Source: a virus
Lineage: Duplodnaviria; Heunggongvirae; Uroviricota; Caudoviricetes
Length of the DNA stretch: 40,890 nucleotides
Virus record (IMG/VR): IMGVR_UViG_2877953467_000002
Direction: 5' to 3' (one strand)
Position numbers and translations under genes: made by a program. Under the pieces are notes generated by a model, which made no database searches, had not been told where the DNA came from, and saw only the letters and a program-made list of their open reading frames with translations. Shown one piece after another: positions 25,814 through 37,077 of the stretch (within the stretch, counting starts at the first letter, position 1; each line of letters opens with the position of its first letter).

Positions 25814-26518
25814 ATGTCCTCTAATTTTGAGCGTTCGCAACTGACGAAAATTATGATTTCGTCTGCACCGGTAACAGCAGAAACCCTGGATTCTGCCAGC
25901 TATCTTGGCCTGAGCTGTACAATCAAAGAGGTGCAGTTTACCGCAGGACAAAAGCAGGATATTGATGTCACCACGCTGTATTCTGTTGAGCAGGAAAATA
26001 TTAACGGTCTTGGGGCTGCTTCAGAGATTTCCATGTCAGGCAACTTTTATCTGAATGCTGCCCAGAACGCGTTGCGCAGTGCCTATGACAATGACACCAC
26101 GTATGGCTTTAAAGTTATTTTTCCGTCAGGCAACGGATTTACCTTTATGGCAGAGGTGCGTCAGCATACCTGGTCTGCAGGAACCAATGGTGTTGTGGCT
26201 GCAACGTTTTCTCTGCGCCTGAAAGGTAAGCCTGTGCTGACGACAGAGCAGCTGAAAGTGAAGGTCGATTTAAAAAGCACGCTGCGGGTTGCTTCCGGAG
26301 CGAAACTTGAAATGGCGGTTGAGGCTGTGGGTGGTGTGCCGCCTTATTCTTATGCCTGGAAAAAAGGTGGTTCTCCTGTTTCCGGACAGACGGCGGCAAC
26401 GTTCAGTAAGGCATCAGCAGCATCCGGTGATGCCGGTGCGTATACCTGCGAGATTTCTGATTCAGCGAGCCCGGTTAACAAAGTGACCTCCACTTCCTGC
26501 ACTGTAACCGTCAGTTAA
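25814..26518 (+). CDS. Major tail protein with C-terminal Ig-like domain
   Basis: 234 aa; AGGAG RBS; C-terminal 90 aa have an Ig-like (Big_2-type) pattern as in lambda gpV; followed by the G/GT chaperone pair. Confidence 0.7.
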   Translation: MSSNFERSQLTKIMISSAPVTAETLDSASYLGLSCTIKEVQFTAGQKQDIDVTTLYSVEQENINGLGAASEISMSGNFYLNAAQNALRSAYDNDTTYGFKVIFPSGNGFTFMAEVRQHTWSAGTNGVVAATFSLRLKGKPVLTTEQLKVKVDLKSTLRVASGAKLEMAVEAVGGVPPYSYAWKKGGSPVSGQTAATFSKASAASGDAGAYTCEISDSASPVNKVTSTSCTVTVS

Positions 26519-26532
26519 TGAGGATGGATGTG

Positions 26533-26904
26533 ATGACTAAAAATATCCGTAATCTGGCACTGGCAACGATGTCGGGGTTTCGCCATAAAACCGTTGATGT
26601 GCCTGAATGGGAGGGAGCAACGGTTGTGTTACGGGAACCTTCTGCAGAAGCCTGGTTGCGCTGGCAGGAGATCGTTAAAGCAAAAGATGATGAGACACCG
26701 TTATCCGTTGCGGAGCGCGCCCGCCGAAATCTGGAGGCAGATGTTGAACTGTTCATTGATGTTCTGTGTGATACCGGACTGCAACCCGTATTTTCAGAGG
26801 ATGATCGTGAACAGGTGATTGCCGTGTATGGCCCGGTGCATGCGCGGCTTCTTCGGCAGTCTCTGGAACTGATCAGTGATGCCGGCGAGGTTAAAAAAAA
26901 GTAG
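26533..26904 (+). CDS. G: Tail assembly chaperone G
   Basis: ORF ends ...GEVKKK* with the slippery heptamer A AAA AAG (26895-26901) at its 3' end; start at ATG 26533 (GAGG upstream) is uncertain, could be 26518. Confidence 0.7.
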   Translation: MTKNIRNLALATMSGFRHKTVDVPEWEGATVVLREPSAEAWLRWQEIVKAKDDETPLSVAERARRNLEADVELFIDVLCDTGLQPVFSEDDREQVIAVYGPVHARLLRQSLELISDAGEVKKK

Positions 26905-27206
26905 CGCTTCCGGGGATGCGTTTTCTGATGATGCTGGCGCTCAGGATGGGGCGCACATTGTCAGAGTTACGCCGGGAAATGTCCGCATCAGAAATCATGA
27001 TGTGGGCAGAATTTGACAGGTTCAGCCCGCTGGGGGACGAACGGGCTGATTTCCGGGCTGCCCAGATTGTTTCAGCTATTTACGGTGCGCAGGGGGTCAA
27101 AGTGTCACTGAATGATGCGCTTCTTCAGTGGGAGAAGGAGCAGACAGAAGGCGCTTCAGATCCATTTGCCGGACTGGAAAACGCGCTTTTAATAGTGTCT
27201 CAGTGA
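26533..27206 (+). CDS. GT: Tail assembly chaperone GT, made by programmed -1 ribosomal frameshift at 26895-26901
   Basis: The -1 frame is open from the A-run through ORF 26916-27206; slipping on A AAA AAG joins ...EVKK to KVALPGMRFL...; conserved G/GT arrangement upstream of the tape measure gene. Confidence 0.7.
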
Positions 27207-27246
27207 GTCAACATAACCGCTTCGGCGGTTTTTTTTCGTCCGGAGA

Positions 27247-30200
27247 ATGAGTGTGGCGACATTACGTGAACTGATTATTAAAATCTCGGCAAACTCCCGG
27301 TCATTCCAGTCAGAGATCTCCCGGGCTTCGCGTATGGGGCAGGATTACTACCGCACCATGCAGAACGGAGGCCAACAGTCTGCTGCTGCCTCCCGTGAAA
27401 TGCGGCGTGCACTGGCAGAAGTGACGGATCAGATAAATACAGCTAAATCTTCGGCACTGAATATGGCGGGGGCATTTGCCGGGGCTTTTGCTACCGGTCA
27501 TCTTATTTCTCTCGCCGATGAGTGGAATTCAGTAAATGCCCGTCTGAAGCAGGCCTCACAGTCCAGTGATGATTTTCAGGCATCACAGCGTGAATTAATG
27601 GCGATCAGCCAGAGAACGGGGACGGCGTTTTCTGATAACGCCAGCCTTTTTGCCCGTTCTGCAGCTTCCATGCGGGAGTATGGTTACAGTTCTGAGGAGG
27701 TACTGAAAGTCACCGAGGCGATCTCCACGGGCCTGAAATTATCCGGTGCCAGTACAGCAGAAGCCAGTTCGGTGATCATGCAGTTCAGTCAGGCACTGGC
27801 GCAGGGAGTGCTGCGCGGTGAAGAGTTTAACTCGGTGAATGAGAACGGCGATCGTGTTATTCGTGCGCTGGCTGCGGGAATGGGGGTTGCCCGTAAGGAT
27901 CTGAAGGCCATGGCGGATAACGGAAAACTGACCGCCGATAAGGTTGTTCCTGCACTGATTAGTCAGCTTGGGGCGTTGCGTGATGAATATGCAGCAATGC
28001 CTGATACTGTTTCATCCTCTGCAACCAAAGTTGAAAACGCCTTTATGGCCTGGGTTGGTGGTGCGAACGAGGCAAGCGGAGTGACAAAGACACTCTCCGG
28101 TGTGCTGAATGGTGTTGCAGACAATATTGATACCGTGGCTGCTGCAGCTGGCGCACTGGTTGCCGTCGGGGTAGCCCGATATTTTGGCAATATGGCGTCG
28201 TCTGCTGGATCTGCAACTGCCGGATTAATTACTGCAGCCAGAAACGAAGTGGCTCTTGCTGAAGCGCAACTTCGGGGGACACAGATAGCAACCGCCAGAG
28301 CGCGTGCGGCGGTTTATCGTGCGCAACAGGCGGTTGTTGCTGCTCGCGGTACCGAAAGGCAGGCCGCAGCAGAAGCGAAGCTGACAGCTGCTCAGGCGTC
28401 ACTTACCCGTAATATTGCGGCCAGAACAGCGGCGCAGACAACGCTGAATACTGTCACGTCAGTGGGGAGTCGTCTGTTAAGTGGTGCGCTGGGGCTGGTT
28501 GGTGGTGTGCCGGGACTCGTCATGCTGGGGGCGACGGCCTGGTACACGATGTATCAGAATCAGGAGCAGGCCAGAGAATCTGCACGCCAGTATGCCGCAA
28601 CAATCGACGAAATTCGCCAGAAAACGTCGGCAATGTCGCTTCCTGAAGCGTCAGATAATGAGGAAAAGACGCGGCAGGCACTTGATGAGCAAAACAGGTT
28701 AATTGACGAGCAGAAAAGTAAGATTAAATCCTTACAGGAAAAAATTGCTGGCTATCAGTATGTGCTGGCAAACCCGGGCTGGACAACCGATAACGGTTTT
28801 ATGATTAACCACATGACGTCGGTAAAAACAGTCACAGAAGGGCTTGCAGAAGCAACAAATCAACTGGCAGTTGAACAGTCCCGTCTCACACAAATGCAGG
28901 GCAAAGCGCAATCCATTCAGGATGTGCTTGCCGGGCTGGAGGAGCGGCGGGTTGCGTTGATCCGTCAACAGGCGGCGGAACAAAACAAAGCGTATCAGTC
29001 CCTGTTGATCATGAATGGGCAGCATACCGAGTTTAATCGCCTTCTTGGGCTTGGTAATGAATTACTTCAGCAGCGACAGGGGTTGGTGAATGTACCGTTA
29101 CGGCTACCACAGGCAACCCTGGATGATAAACAGCAGACCGCACTGAATAACAGCAAGCGCGAACTGGCTCTGTCCCGCCTTAAGGGGGAAGCGCGTGAGC
29201 GTGCTCGACTGGGCTATGCTGCGGATGATCTTGGCTTTGTGGGAGAGGCGTATCAGACAGCCAGACAGAATTATATCAATAACTCACTGGATGCCTGGCG
29301 AAATAACCAGGCAAATAAACCCAAAGCGCATAAAAAGACCGAAGCGGAAAAAACAGAAGATATTTATAAACGGCTGATTAAACAGCAAAAAGAACAGATA
29401 GCACTGGCAGGGCAGAATACTGAACTGGCTAAGATGAAATATCAGGTCAGTCAGGGCGAATTATCAACCCTGTCAGAAGCGCAGAAAAAAACGCTTTTGC
29501 AGAATGCAGCACTCATCGACCAGAAAAAGATTCGTGAGCAGCTTGCTGCGTATGAAAGCAGCCTGGCGGACAGTAATGCCAGTACCCGGGCGTCTAACGA
29601 CGCGCAGTTACTGGGATATGGTGAAGGCTCACGGATGCGTGAACGACTCCAGGAAATGTGGAGTATCCGGCATGAGTTTGAGCAGAAAAATAACGAGCTG
29701 CTGAGACAGTATCAGGCCGGAGAAATTGAAGAAGCCCTGTGGAAACAGGAGAAAGAACTGAATAAAAAATATCTGGAAGAGCGTCTCAGCGATCAGCAGG
29801 ATTATTATGCAAAGGCCGATGCTTTACGTAATAACTGGAATGCAGGACTCCAGGAGGGGCTGACCAACTGGGCAGACAGTGCCACCGATTATGCTTCGCA
29901 GGCGGCAGATGCTGTCGTTTCCACTATGGACGGGCTGGTATCAAATATTTCCGATGCACTGGCCGGAAATGTTGTGGACTGGAGGAACTGGGGGAGTTCA
30001 GTTCTCCGGGAAGTTTCAAAAATTCTGATGAATGCAGCCATTGTTAACGGACTGAAATCACTCTCCGGTGCCGGAGGGTGGCTTGGTACGGTCGGCGGAT
30101 GGATTTCGGGGGCAGTGGCAAACGCAAAAGGTGGTGTTTACACATCGGCAAATCTGAGTGCTTACAGTAACACTATTGTGGATACACCGACGTATTTTGC

Positions 30201-30480
30201 TTTTGCGAAGGGGGCCGGGTTGATGGGCGAGGCCGGGCCTGAAGCAATCATGCCACTGACACGGGCAGCGGACGGCTCTCTTGGGGTCAGGGCCATTGGA
30301 GATGTGAATGGTGGCGGTGGATTTGTTTATTCTCCCGTGTATCACATCAGCATTCAGAATCAAGGGAGCAATGGCGAGATAGATGCGCGCTCAGCCAGGG
30401 GACTGGTGGATCTGATCGACAGCAGGGTTGTGTCAATTATGCAGTCATCGCGTCGGGATGGAGGATTGTACAGTGCCTGA
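27247..30480 (+). CDS. H: Tail tape measure protein
   Basis: 1077 aa, Ala/Gln-rich with coiled-coil character; position between GT and gpM. Confidence 0.9.
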   Translation: MSVATLRELIIKISANSRSFQSEISRASRMGQDYYRTMQNGGQQSAAASREMRRALAEVTDQINTAKSSALNMAGAFAGAFATGHLISLADEWNSVNARLKQASQSSDDFQASQRELMAISQRTGTAFSDNASLFARSAASMREYGYSSEEVLKVTEAISTGLKLSGASTAEASSVIMQFSQALAQGVLRGEEFNSVNENGDRVIRALAAGMGVARKDLKAMADNGKLTADKVVPALISQLGALRDEYAAMPDTVSSSATKVENAFMAWVGGANEASGVTKTLSGVLNGVADNIDTVAAAAGALVAVGVARYFGNMASSAGSATAGLITAARNEVALAEAQLRGTQIATARARAAVYRAQQAVVAARGTERQAAAEAKLTAAQASLTRNIAARTAAQTTLNTVTSVGSRLLSGALGLVGGVPGLVMLGATAWYTMYQNQEQARESARQYAATIDEIRQKTSAMSLPEASDNEEKTRQALDEQNRLIDEQKSKIKSLQEKIAGYQYVLANPGWTTDNGFMINHMTSVKTVTEGLAEATNQLAVEQSRLTQMQGKAQSIQDVLAGLEERRVALIRQQAAEQNKAYQSLLIMNGQHTEFNRLLGLGNELLQQRQGLVNVPLRLPQATLDDKQQTALNNSKRELALSRLKGEARERARLGYAADDLGFVGEAYQTARQNYINNSLDAWRNNQANKPKAHKKTEAEKTEDIYKRLIKQQKEQIALAGQNTELAKMKYQVSQGELSTLSEAQKKTLLQNAALIDQKKIREQLAAYESSLADSNASTRASNDAQLLGYGEGSRMRERLQEMWSIRHEFEQKNNELLRQYQAGEIEEALWKQEKELNKKYLEERLSDQQDYYAKADALRNNWNAGLQEGLTNWADSATDYASQAADAVVSTMDGLVSNISDALAGNVVDWRNWGSSVLREVSKILMNAAIVNGLKSLSGAGGWLGTVGGWISGAVANAKGGVYTSANLSAYSNTIVDTPTYFAFAKGAGLMGEAGPEAIMPLTRAADGSLGVRAIGDVNGGGGFVYSPVYHISIQNQGSNGEIDARSARGLVDLIDSRVVSIMQSSRRDGGLYSA

Positions 30481-30814
30481 GCCTGAAGTTTTTAACTGGA
30501 TCCCCCGTGAGGGGATGGAGACGACACGAAAGCCATCAGTTATTACGGTAAAGTTTGGTGACGGATATGAACAGCGACGGGCTGGTGGTCTGAATGCGGA
30601 TCTGAAAACGTTTAAACCGGTATTTCGTGTCACAGATGAATATTCCCGTGCCGCGCTGGACAGTTTTTTATCCCGTCATGCCGGGATTCGTGCTTTTTTG
30701 TGGCGTCCGCCAAAACACAACAGGACTGTCCGGGTTGTCTGCAGGGAGTGGAGCATTTCGGATAATGCCATGTATACCGATTTTAACTGTACCTTTGAAG
30801 AGGTCACTCACTGA
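30473..30814 (+). CDS. M: Minor tail protein M
   Basis: About 113 aa from GTG 30473 (GGAGGA RBS); core resembles lambda gpM (KFGDGYEQRRAGGLNADLKT...). Confidence 0.8.
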   Translation: MPEPEVFNWIPREGMETTRKPSVITVKFGDGYEQRRAGGLNADLKTFKPVFRVTDEYSRAALDSFLSRHAGIRAFLWRPPKHNRTVRVVCREWSISDNAMYTDFNCTFEEVTH

Positions 30815-31512
30815 TGCAGGATATACAGCAGGAAACACTCAATGAGTGCACTAAAACGGAGCAATCCGCGCTGGTCGTGCTCTGGGAAATTGATCTGACA
30901 GAGGTCGGCGGAGATCGTTATTTCTTCTGTAATGAGCAGAACGAAAAAGGTGAACCAGTCACCTGGCAGGGGCGGCAGTATCAGGCTTATCCCATTCAGG
31001 GAAGCGGATTTGAGATGAACGGCAAAGGAGCCAGTGCAAGGCCAACGCTTAAAGTCTCTAATCTGTACGGCATGGTCACCGGGATGGCGGAAGATATGCA
31101 GAGTCTGGTCGGCGGAACGGTGGTCCGGCGTAAGGTTTACGCCCGTTTTCTGGATGCGGTGAACTTCGTCAACGGAAACAGTTACGCCGATCCGGAGCAG
31201 GAGGTGATCAGCCGCTGGCGCATTGAGCAGTGCAGCGAACTGAGCGCGGTGAGTGCCTCCTTTGTACTGTCCACGCCGACGGAAACGGATGGCGCTGTTT
31301 TTCCGGGACGTATCATGCTGGCCAACACCTGCACCTGGACCTATCGCGGTGACGAGTGCGGTTATAGCGGTCCGGCTGTCGCGGATGAATATGACCAGCC
31401 AACGTCCGATATCACGAAGGATAAATGCAGCAAATGCCTGAGCGGTTGTAAGTTCCGCAATAACGTCGGCAACTTTGGCGGCTTCCTTTCCATTAACAAA
31501 CTTTCGCAGTAA
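30814..31512 (+). CDS. L: Minor tail protein L
   Basis: 232 aa; conserved C-terminal cysteine cluster (CTWTYRGDECGY...CSKCLSGC) as in lambda gpL. Confidence 0.85.
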   Translation: MQDIQQETLNECTKTEQSALVVLWEIDLTEVGGDRYFFCNEQNEKGEPVTWQGRQYQAYPIQGSGFEMNGKGASARPTLKVSNLYGMVTGMAEDMQSLVGGTVVRRKVYARFLDAVNFVNGNSYADPEQEVISRWRIEQCSELSAVSASFVLSTPTETDGAVFPGRIMLANTCTWTYRGDECGYSGPAVADEYDQPTSDITKDKCSKCLSGCKFRNNVGNFGGFLSINKLSQ

Positions 31513-31517
31513 ATCCC

Positions 31518-32261
31518 ATGACACAGACAGAATCAGCGATTCTGGCGCACGCCCGGCGATGTGCGCCAGCGGAGTCGTGCGGCTTCGTGGTAAGCACGCC
31601 GGAGGGGGAAAGATATTTTCCCTGCGTGAATATCTCCGGTGAGCCGGAGGCGTATTTCCGTATGTCGCCGGAAGACTGGCTGCAGGCAGAAATGCAGGGT
31701 GAGATTGTGGCGCTGGTCCACAGCCACCCCGGTGGTCTGCCCTGGCTGAGTGAGGCCGACCGGCGGCTGCAGGTGCAGAGTGATTTGCCGTGGTGGCTGG
31801 TCTGCCGGGGGGCGATTCACAAGTTCCGCTGTGTGCCGCATCTTACCGGGCGGCGCTTTGAGCACGGGGTGACGGACTGTTACACGCTGCTCCGGGATGC
31901 TTACCATCTGGCGGGAATTGAGATGCCTGATTTTCATCGTGAGGATGACTGGTGGCGTAACGGCCAGAATCTCTATCTGGATAATCTGGAGGCGACGGGG
32001 CTGTATCAGGTGCCGTTGTCAGCGGCACAGCCGGGCGATGTGCTGCTGTGCTGTTTTGGTTCATCGGTGCCGAATCACGCCGCAATTTACTGCGGCGACG
32101 GCGAGCTGCTGCACCATATTCCTGAACAACTGAGCAAACGAGAGAGGTACACCGACAAATGGCAGCGACGCACACACTCCCTCTGGCGTCACCGGGCATG
32201 GCACGTATCTGCCTTTACGGGGATTTGCAACGATTTGGCCGCCGCATCGACCTTCGTGTGA
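31518..32261 (+). CDS. K: Tail assembly protein K (JAB/MPN and NlpC/P60-like)
   Basis: 247 aa; HSHPGG JAB-type motif and Cys/His peptidase motifs as in lambda gpK. Confidence 0.85.
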   Translation: MTQTESAILAHARRCAPAESCGFVVSTPEGERYFPCVNISGEPEAYFRMSPEDWLQAEMQGEIVALVHSHPGGLPWLSEADRRLQVQSDLPWWLVCRGAIHKFRCVPHLTGRRFEHGVTDCYTLLRDAYHLAGIEMPDFHREDDWWRNGQNLYLDNLEATGLYQVPLSAAQPGDVLLCCFGSSVPNHAAIYCGDGELLHHIPEQLSKRERYTDKWQRRTHSLWRHRAWHVSAFTGICNDLAAASTFV

Positions 32262-32806
32262 AAACGGGGGCCGAAGCCATCCGGGCGCTGGCCATGCAGA
32301 TCCCGGCGTTTCGTCAGAAACTGAGCGATGGCTGGTATCAGGTGCGCATTGCCGGGCGTGATGCAGGCGAAAACGAATTATCAGCCCGTCTTAATGAGCC
32401 GCTGAAAAATGGTGCCGTGATCCACATCGTTCCGCGTCTTGCGGGAGCAAAAAGTGGCGGTGTGTTTCAGGCGGTGCTGGGTGCGGCGCTGATTGCAGTG
32501 GCGTGGTGGAACCCTGTGGGCTGGCTGGGAGCTGCGGCTGTATCGGGCATGTATGCTGCGGGGGCCAGTATGATCCTTGGCGGTGTGGCGCAGATGCTGG
32601 CACCGAAAGCCAGAACTCCCCGTACACAGACAACGGATAACGGTAAGCAGAACACCTATTTCTCCTCACTGGATAACATGGTTGCCCAGGGCAATGTTCT
32701 GCCCGTTCTGTACGGTGAAATGCGCGTGGGGTCGCGGGTGGCTTCTCAGGAGATCAGCACGGCAGACGAAGGGGACGGTGGTCAGGTTGTGGTGATTGGT
32801 CGCTGA
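32159..32806 (+). CDS. I: Tail assembly protein I
   Basis: 215 aa; ends GGQVVVIGR as lambda gpI; start uncertain (ATG 32159 or 32198); overlaps the K 3' end. Confidence 0.8.
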   Translation: MAATHTLPLASPGMARICLYGDLQRFGRRIDLRVKTGAEAIRALAMQIPAFRQKLSDGWYQVRIAGRDAGENELSARLNEPLKNGAVIHIVPRLAGAKSGGVFQAVLGAALIAVAWWNPVGWLGAAAVSGMYAAGASMILGGVAQMLAPKARTPRTQTTDNGKQNTYFSSLDNMVAQGNVLPVLYGEMRVGSRVASQEISTADEGDGGQVVVIGR

Positions 32807-32866
32807 TGCAAAACGTTTTATGTGAAACCGCCTCAGGGCGGTTTTGTCGTTTCTGGAGCGTGAGGA

Positions 32867-35800
32867 ATGGGTAAAGGCAGCAGTAAGGGGCATACCCCGC
32901 GCGAAGCGAAGGACAACCTGAAATCATCCCAGATGCTGAGCGTGATAGACGCCATCAGTGAAGGGCCGGTTGAAGGTCCGGTGGATGGATTAAAAAGCGT
33001 GCTGCTGAACAGTACGCCGGTGCTGGACACTGAGGGGAATACCAACATCTCCGGTGTCACGGTGGTGTTCCGTGCCGGTGAGCAGGAGCAGACACCGCCG
33101 GAGGGGTTTGAATCCTCCGGCTCCGAGACGGTGCTGGGTACGGAAGTGAAATATGACACGCCGATCACCCGCACCATCACGTCTGCAAACATCGACCGTC
33201 TGCGCTTTACCTTCGGTGTGCAGGCACTGGTGGAAACCACCTCAAAGGGGGACCGGAATCCGTCGGAAGTTCGCCTGCTGGTTCAGATACAGCGTAATGG
33301 TGGCTGGGTGACGGAAAAAGACATCACCATTAAGGGCAAAACCACCTCGCAGTATCTGGCCTCGGTGGTGGTGGATAACCTGCCGCCGCGCCCGTTTAAT
33401 ATCCGGATGCGCAGGATGACGCCGGACAGCACCACAGACCAGCTGCAGAACAAAACGCTCTGGTCGTCATACACCGAAATCATCGATGTGAAACAGTGCT
33501 ACCCGAACACGGCACTGGTCGGCGTACAGGTGGATTCGGAGCAGTTCGGCAGCCAGCAGGTGAGCCGTAATTATCATCTGCGCGGGCGCATTCTGCAGGT
33601 GCCGTCGAACTATAACCCGCAGACGCGGCAATACAGCGGTATCTGGGACGGAACGTTTAAACCGGCATACAGCAACAACATGGCCTGGTGTCTGTGGGAT
33701 ATGCTGACCCATCCGCGCTACGGCATGGGGAAACGTCTTGGTGCGGCGGATGTGGATAAATGGGCGCTGTATGTCATCGGCCAGTACTGCGACCAGTCGG
33801 TGCCGGACGGCTTTGGCGGCACGGAGCCGCGCATCACCTGTAATGCGTACCTGACCACACAGCGCAAGGCGTGGGATGTGCTCAGTGATTTCTGCTCGGC
33901 GATGCGCTGTATGCCGGTATGGAACGGGCAGACGCTGACGTTCGTGCAGGACCGACCATCAGATAAGGTGTGGACCTATAACCGCAGTAATGTGGTGATG
34001 CCGGATGATGGCGCGCCGTTCCGCTACAGCTTCAGCGCCCTGAAAGACCGCCATAATGCCGTTGAGGTGAACTGGATTGACCCGGACAACGGCTGGGAGA
34101 CGGCGACAGAGCTTGTTGAAGATACGCAGGCCATTGCCCGTTACGGTCGTAACGTCACGAAGATGGATGCCTTTGGCTGTACCAGCCGGGGGCAGGCGCA
34201 CCGCGCCGGGCTGTGGCTGATTAAAACGGAACTGCTGGAAACGCAGACCGTGGACTTCAGCGTGGGTGCGGAAGGGCTTCGCCATGTACCGGGGGATGTC
34301 ATTGAAATCTGCGATGATGACTATGCGGGTATCAGCACCGGCGGGCGCGTGCTGGCGGTGAACAGCCAGACCCGGACGCTGACGCTCGACCGTGAAATCA
34401 CGCTGCCATCCTCCGGTACCACGCTGATAAGCCTGGTTGACGGTCAGGGTAATCCGGTCAGCGTGGAGGTCCAGTCCGTCACCGACGGCGTGAAGGTGAA
34501 AGTGAGCCGGGTTCCTGATGGTGTTGCAGAATACAGCGTGTGGGGGCTGAAGTTGCCGACGCTGCGCCAGCGCCTGTTCCGCTGTGTGAGTATCCGTGAG
34601 AACGATGACGGCACGTATGCCATCACCGCCGTGCAGCATGTACCGGAAAAAGAAGCCATCGTGGATAACGGGGCGCACTTTGACGGCGACCAGAGCGGCA
34701 CGGTGAATGGTGTCACGCCGCCAGCGGTGCAGCACCTGACTGCCGAAGTCACCGCAGACAGCGGGGAATATCAGGTGCTGGCGCGCTGGGACACGCCGAA
34801 GGTGGTGAAGGGCGTGAGCTTCCTGCTCCGTCTGACCGTAACAGCGGATGACGGCAGTGAGTGGCTGGTCAGCACGGCCCGGACGACGGAAACCACTTAC
34901 CGCTTCACACAACTGGCGCTGGGGAACTACAGGCTGACAGTCCGGGCAGTAAATGCGTGGGGGCAGCAGGGCGATCCGGCGTCGGTATCGTTCCGGATTG
35001 CCGCACCGGCAGCGCCGTCGCGGATTGAGCTGACGCCGGGCTATTTTCAGATAACCGCCACGCCGCATCTTGCGGTTTATGATCCGACGGTACAGTTTGA
35101 GTTCTGGTTCTCGGAAAAGCGGATTACCGATATCAGGCAGGTTGAAACCACAGCACGCTATCTTGGCACGGCGCTGTACTGGATAGCCGCCAGTATCAAT
35201 ATCAAACCGGGCCATGATTATTACTTTTATATCCGCAGTGTGAACACCGTTGGCAAATCGGCATTCGTGGAGGCTGTTGGTCAGCCGAGTGATGATGCAT
35301 CCGGTTATCTGGATTTTTTCAAAGGCGAGATAGGGAAAACCCATCTGGCTCAGGAGCTGTGGACGCAGATTGATAACGGTCAGCTTGCGCCTGACCTGGC
35401 TGAAATCAGGACGTCCATTACGGATGTCAGCAATGAAATCACGCAGACCGTCAATAAGAAACTGGAAGACCAGAGTGCGGCAATTCAGCAGATACAGAAG
35501 GTTCAGGTTGATACAAATAATAACCTGAACAGCATGTGGGCTGTGAAGCTGCAGCAGATGCAGGACGGACGCCTTTATATCGCGGGTATTGGTGCCGGTA
35601 TTGAGAACACCCCTGACGGCATGCAGAGTCAGGTGCTGCTGGCGGCAGACAGGATTGCGATGATTAATCCTGCGAATGGCAACACAAAGCCGATGTTTGT
35701 TGGGCAGGGCGATCAGATATTCATGAACGAAGTGTTCCTGAAACGCCTGACGGCTCCCACCATTACCAGCGGCGGTAATCCTCCGGTATTTTCCCTGACA

Positions 35801-36346
35801 CCGGACGGGCGGCTGACGGCGAAAAATGCCGATATCAGCGGTAACGTGAATGCGAACGCCGGGACGCTCAACAACGTCACGATTAACGAGAACTGTCGGG
35901 TTCTGGGAAAACTGTCCGCCAACCAGATTGAAGGCGATCTCGTTAAAACAGTGGGCAAAGCTTTCCCCCGGGACTCCCGTGCACCGGAACGGTGGCCATC
36001 AGGGACCATCACCGTCAGGGTTTATGACGATCAGCCGTTTGACCGGCAGATTGTTATTCCGGCGGTGGCATTCAGCGGCGCTAAACATGAGCGGGAGAAT
36101 AACGATATTTATTCGTCATGCCGCCTGATAGTACGGAAAAACGGTGCTGAAATTTATAACCGTACCGCGCTGGATAATACGCTGATTTACAGTGGTGTTA
36201 TTGATATGCCTGCCGGTCACGGTCACATGACACTGGAGTTTTCGGTGTCAGCATGGCTGGTAAATAACTGGTATCCCACAGCCAGTATCAGCGATTTGCT
36301 GGTTGTGGTGATGAAGAAAGCCACTGCAGGCATCACGATTAGCTGA
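32867..36346 (+). CDS. J: Host-specificity / central tail fiber protein J
   Basis: 1159 aa; size, position after I and fibronectin-like central repeats typical of lambda gpJ. Confidence 0.9.
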   Translation: MGKGSSKGHTPREAKDNLKSSQMLSVIDAISEGPVEGPVDGLKSVLLNSTPVLDTEGNTNISGVTVVFRAGEQEQTPPEGFESSGSETVLGTEVKYDTPITRTITSANIDRLRFTFGVQALVETTSKGDRNPSEVRLLVQIQRNGGWVTEKDITIKGKTTSQYLASVVVDNLPPRPFNIRMRRMTPDSTTDQLQNKTLWSSYTEIIDVKQCYPNTALVGVQVDSEQFGSQQVSRNYHLRGRILQVPSNYNPQTRQYSGIWDGTFKPAYSNNMAWCLWDMLTHPRYGMGKRLGAADVDKWALYVIGQYCDQSVPDGFGGTEPRITCNAYLTTQRKAWDVLSDFCSAMRCMPVWNGQTLTFVQDRPSDKVWTYNRSNVVMPDDGAPFRYSFSALKDRHNAVEVNWIDPDNGWETATELVEDTQAIARYGRNVTKMDAFGCTSRGQAHRAGLWLIKTELLETQTVDFSVGAEGLRHVPGDVIEICDDDYAGISTGGRVLAVNSQTRTLTLDREITLPSSGTTLISLVDGQGNPVSVEVQSVTDGVKVKVSRVPDGVAEYSVWGLKLPTLRQRLFRCVSIRENDDGTYAITAVQHVPEKEAIVDNGAHFDGDQSGTVNGVTPPAVQHLTAEVTADSGEYQVLARWDTPKVVKGVSFLLRLTVTADDGSEWLVSTARTTETTYRFTQLALGNYRLTVRAVNAWGQQGDPASVSFRIAAPAAPSRIELTPGYFQITATPHLAVYDPTVQFEFWFSEKRITDIRQVETTARYLGTALYWIAASINIKPGHDYYFYIRSVNTVGKSAFVEAVGQPSDDASGYLDFFKGEIGKTHLAQELWTQIDNGQLAPDLAEIRTSITDVSNEITQTVNKKLEDQSAAIQQIQKVQVDTNNNLNSMWAVKLQQMQDGRLYIAGIGAGIENTPDGMQSQVLLAADRIAMINPANGNTKPMFVGQGDQIFMNEVFLKRLTAPTITSGGNPPVFSLTPDGRLTAKNADISGNVNANAGTLNNVTINENCRVLGKLSANQIEGDLVKTVGKAFPRDSRAPERWPSGTITVRVYDDQPFDRQIVIPAVAFSGAKHERENNDIYSSCRLIVRKNGAEIYNRTALDNTLIYSGVIDMPAGHGHMTLEFSVSAWLVNNWYPTASISDLLVVVMKKATAGITIS

Positions 36347-36364
36347 ATTTTATAACCCAGATAC

Positions 36365-36389
36365 GGGCGCCAGAAATGGCGCCTTTTTT
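36365..36389 (+). terminator. Intrinsic terminator after J
   Basis: GGCGCCA-GAAA-TGGCGCC hairpin followed by TTTTTTA. Confidence 0.65.
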
Positions 36390-36413
36390 ATTGCAGAAAA
36401 GCGAGAGGTAATT

Positions 36414-37013
36414 ATGCGTAAAGTTTATGCAGCTATTTTGTCCGCAGCCATCTGTCTGGCCGTATCAGGTACGCCTGCATGGGCGTCTGAACACCAGTCC
36501 ACACTGAGCGCAGGGTATCTTCATGCCCGTACGAACGTCCCCGGCAGCGATAATCTGAACGGGATTAACGTGAAATACCGTTATGAATTTACGGACACGC
36601 TGGGGCTGGTGACGTCATTCAGTTATGCCAATGCCAAAGATGAGCAAAAAACGCATTACAGCGATACCCGCTGGCATGAAGATTCCGTGCGTAACCGCTG
36701 GTTCAGCGTGATGGCGGGGCCGTCTGTGCGCGTGAATGAATGGTTCAGCGCGTATGCGATGGCGGGTATGGCTTACAGCCGTGTGTCGACTTTCTCCGGG
36801 GATTATCTCCGCGTAACTGACAACAAGGGGAAAACGCACGACGTGCTGACCGGAAGTGATGACGGTCGCCACAGCAACACGTCTCTGGCGTGGGGGGCTG
36901 GCGTGCAGTTTAACCCGACCGAATCCGTGGCCGTTGATGTCGCTTATGAAGGTTCCGGCAGTGGCGACTGGCGCACTGACGGTTTCATCGTGGGTGTCGG
37001 TTATAAATTCTGA
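36414..37013 (+). CDS. lom: Lom outer-membrane protein (Ail/Lom/PagC family moron)
   Basis: 199 aa; signal peptide (AICLAVSGTPAWA); beta-barrel pattern ending ...GVGYKF; position after J as in lambda. Confidence 0.9.
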   Translation: MRKVYAAILSAAICLAVSGTPAWASEHQSTLSAGYLHARTNVPGSDNLNGINVKYRYEFTDTLGLVTSFSYANAKDEQKTHYSDTRWHEDSVRNRWFSVMAGPSVRVNEWFSAYAMAGMAYSRVSTFSGDYLRVTDNKGKTHDVLTGSDDGRHSNTSLAWGAGVQFNPTESVAVDVAYEGSGSGDWRTDGFIVGVGYKF

Positions 37014-37040
37014 TTAGCCAGGTAACACAGTGTTATGACA

Positions 37041-37066
37041 GCCCGCCGGTTCAGGCGGGCTTTTTT
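37041..37066 (+). terminator. Intrinsic terminator after lom
   Basis: GCCCGCC-GGTTCA-GGCGGGC hairpin followed by TTTTTT. Confidence 0.65.
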
Positions 37067-37077
37067 GTGGGGTGAAT

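Noticed and set aside
25382-25951. 189-aa minus-strand ORF
   Set aside because: Antisense across the tail terminator and major tail genes and through an intrinsic terminator.
30808-31524. 238-aa minus-strand ORF
   Set aside because: Antisense within minor tail gene L.
33959-35344. 461-aa minus-strand ORF
   Set aside because: Lies entirely antisense within the J gene, whose identity is clear; no start context or motifs; typical antisense open frame in GC-rich coding DNA.
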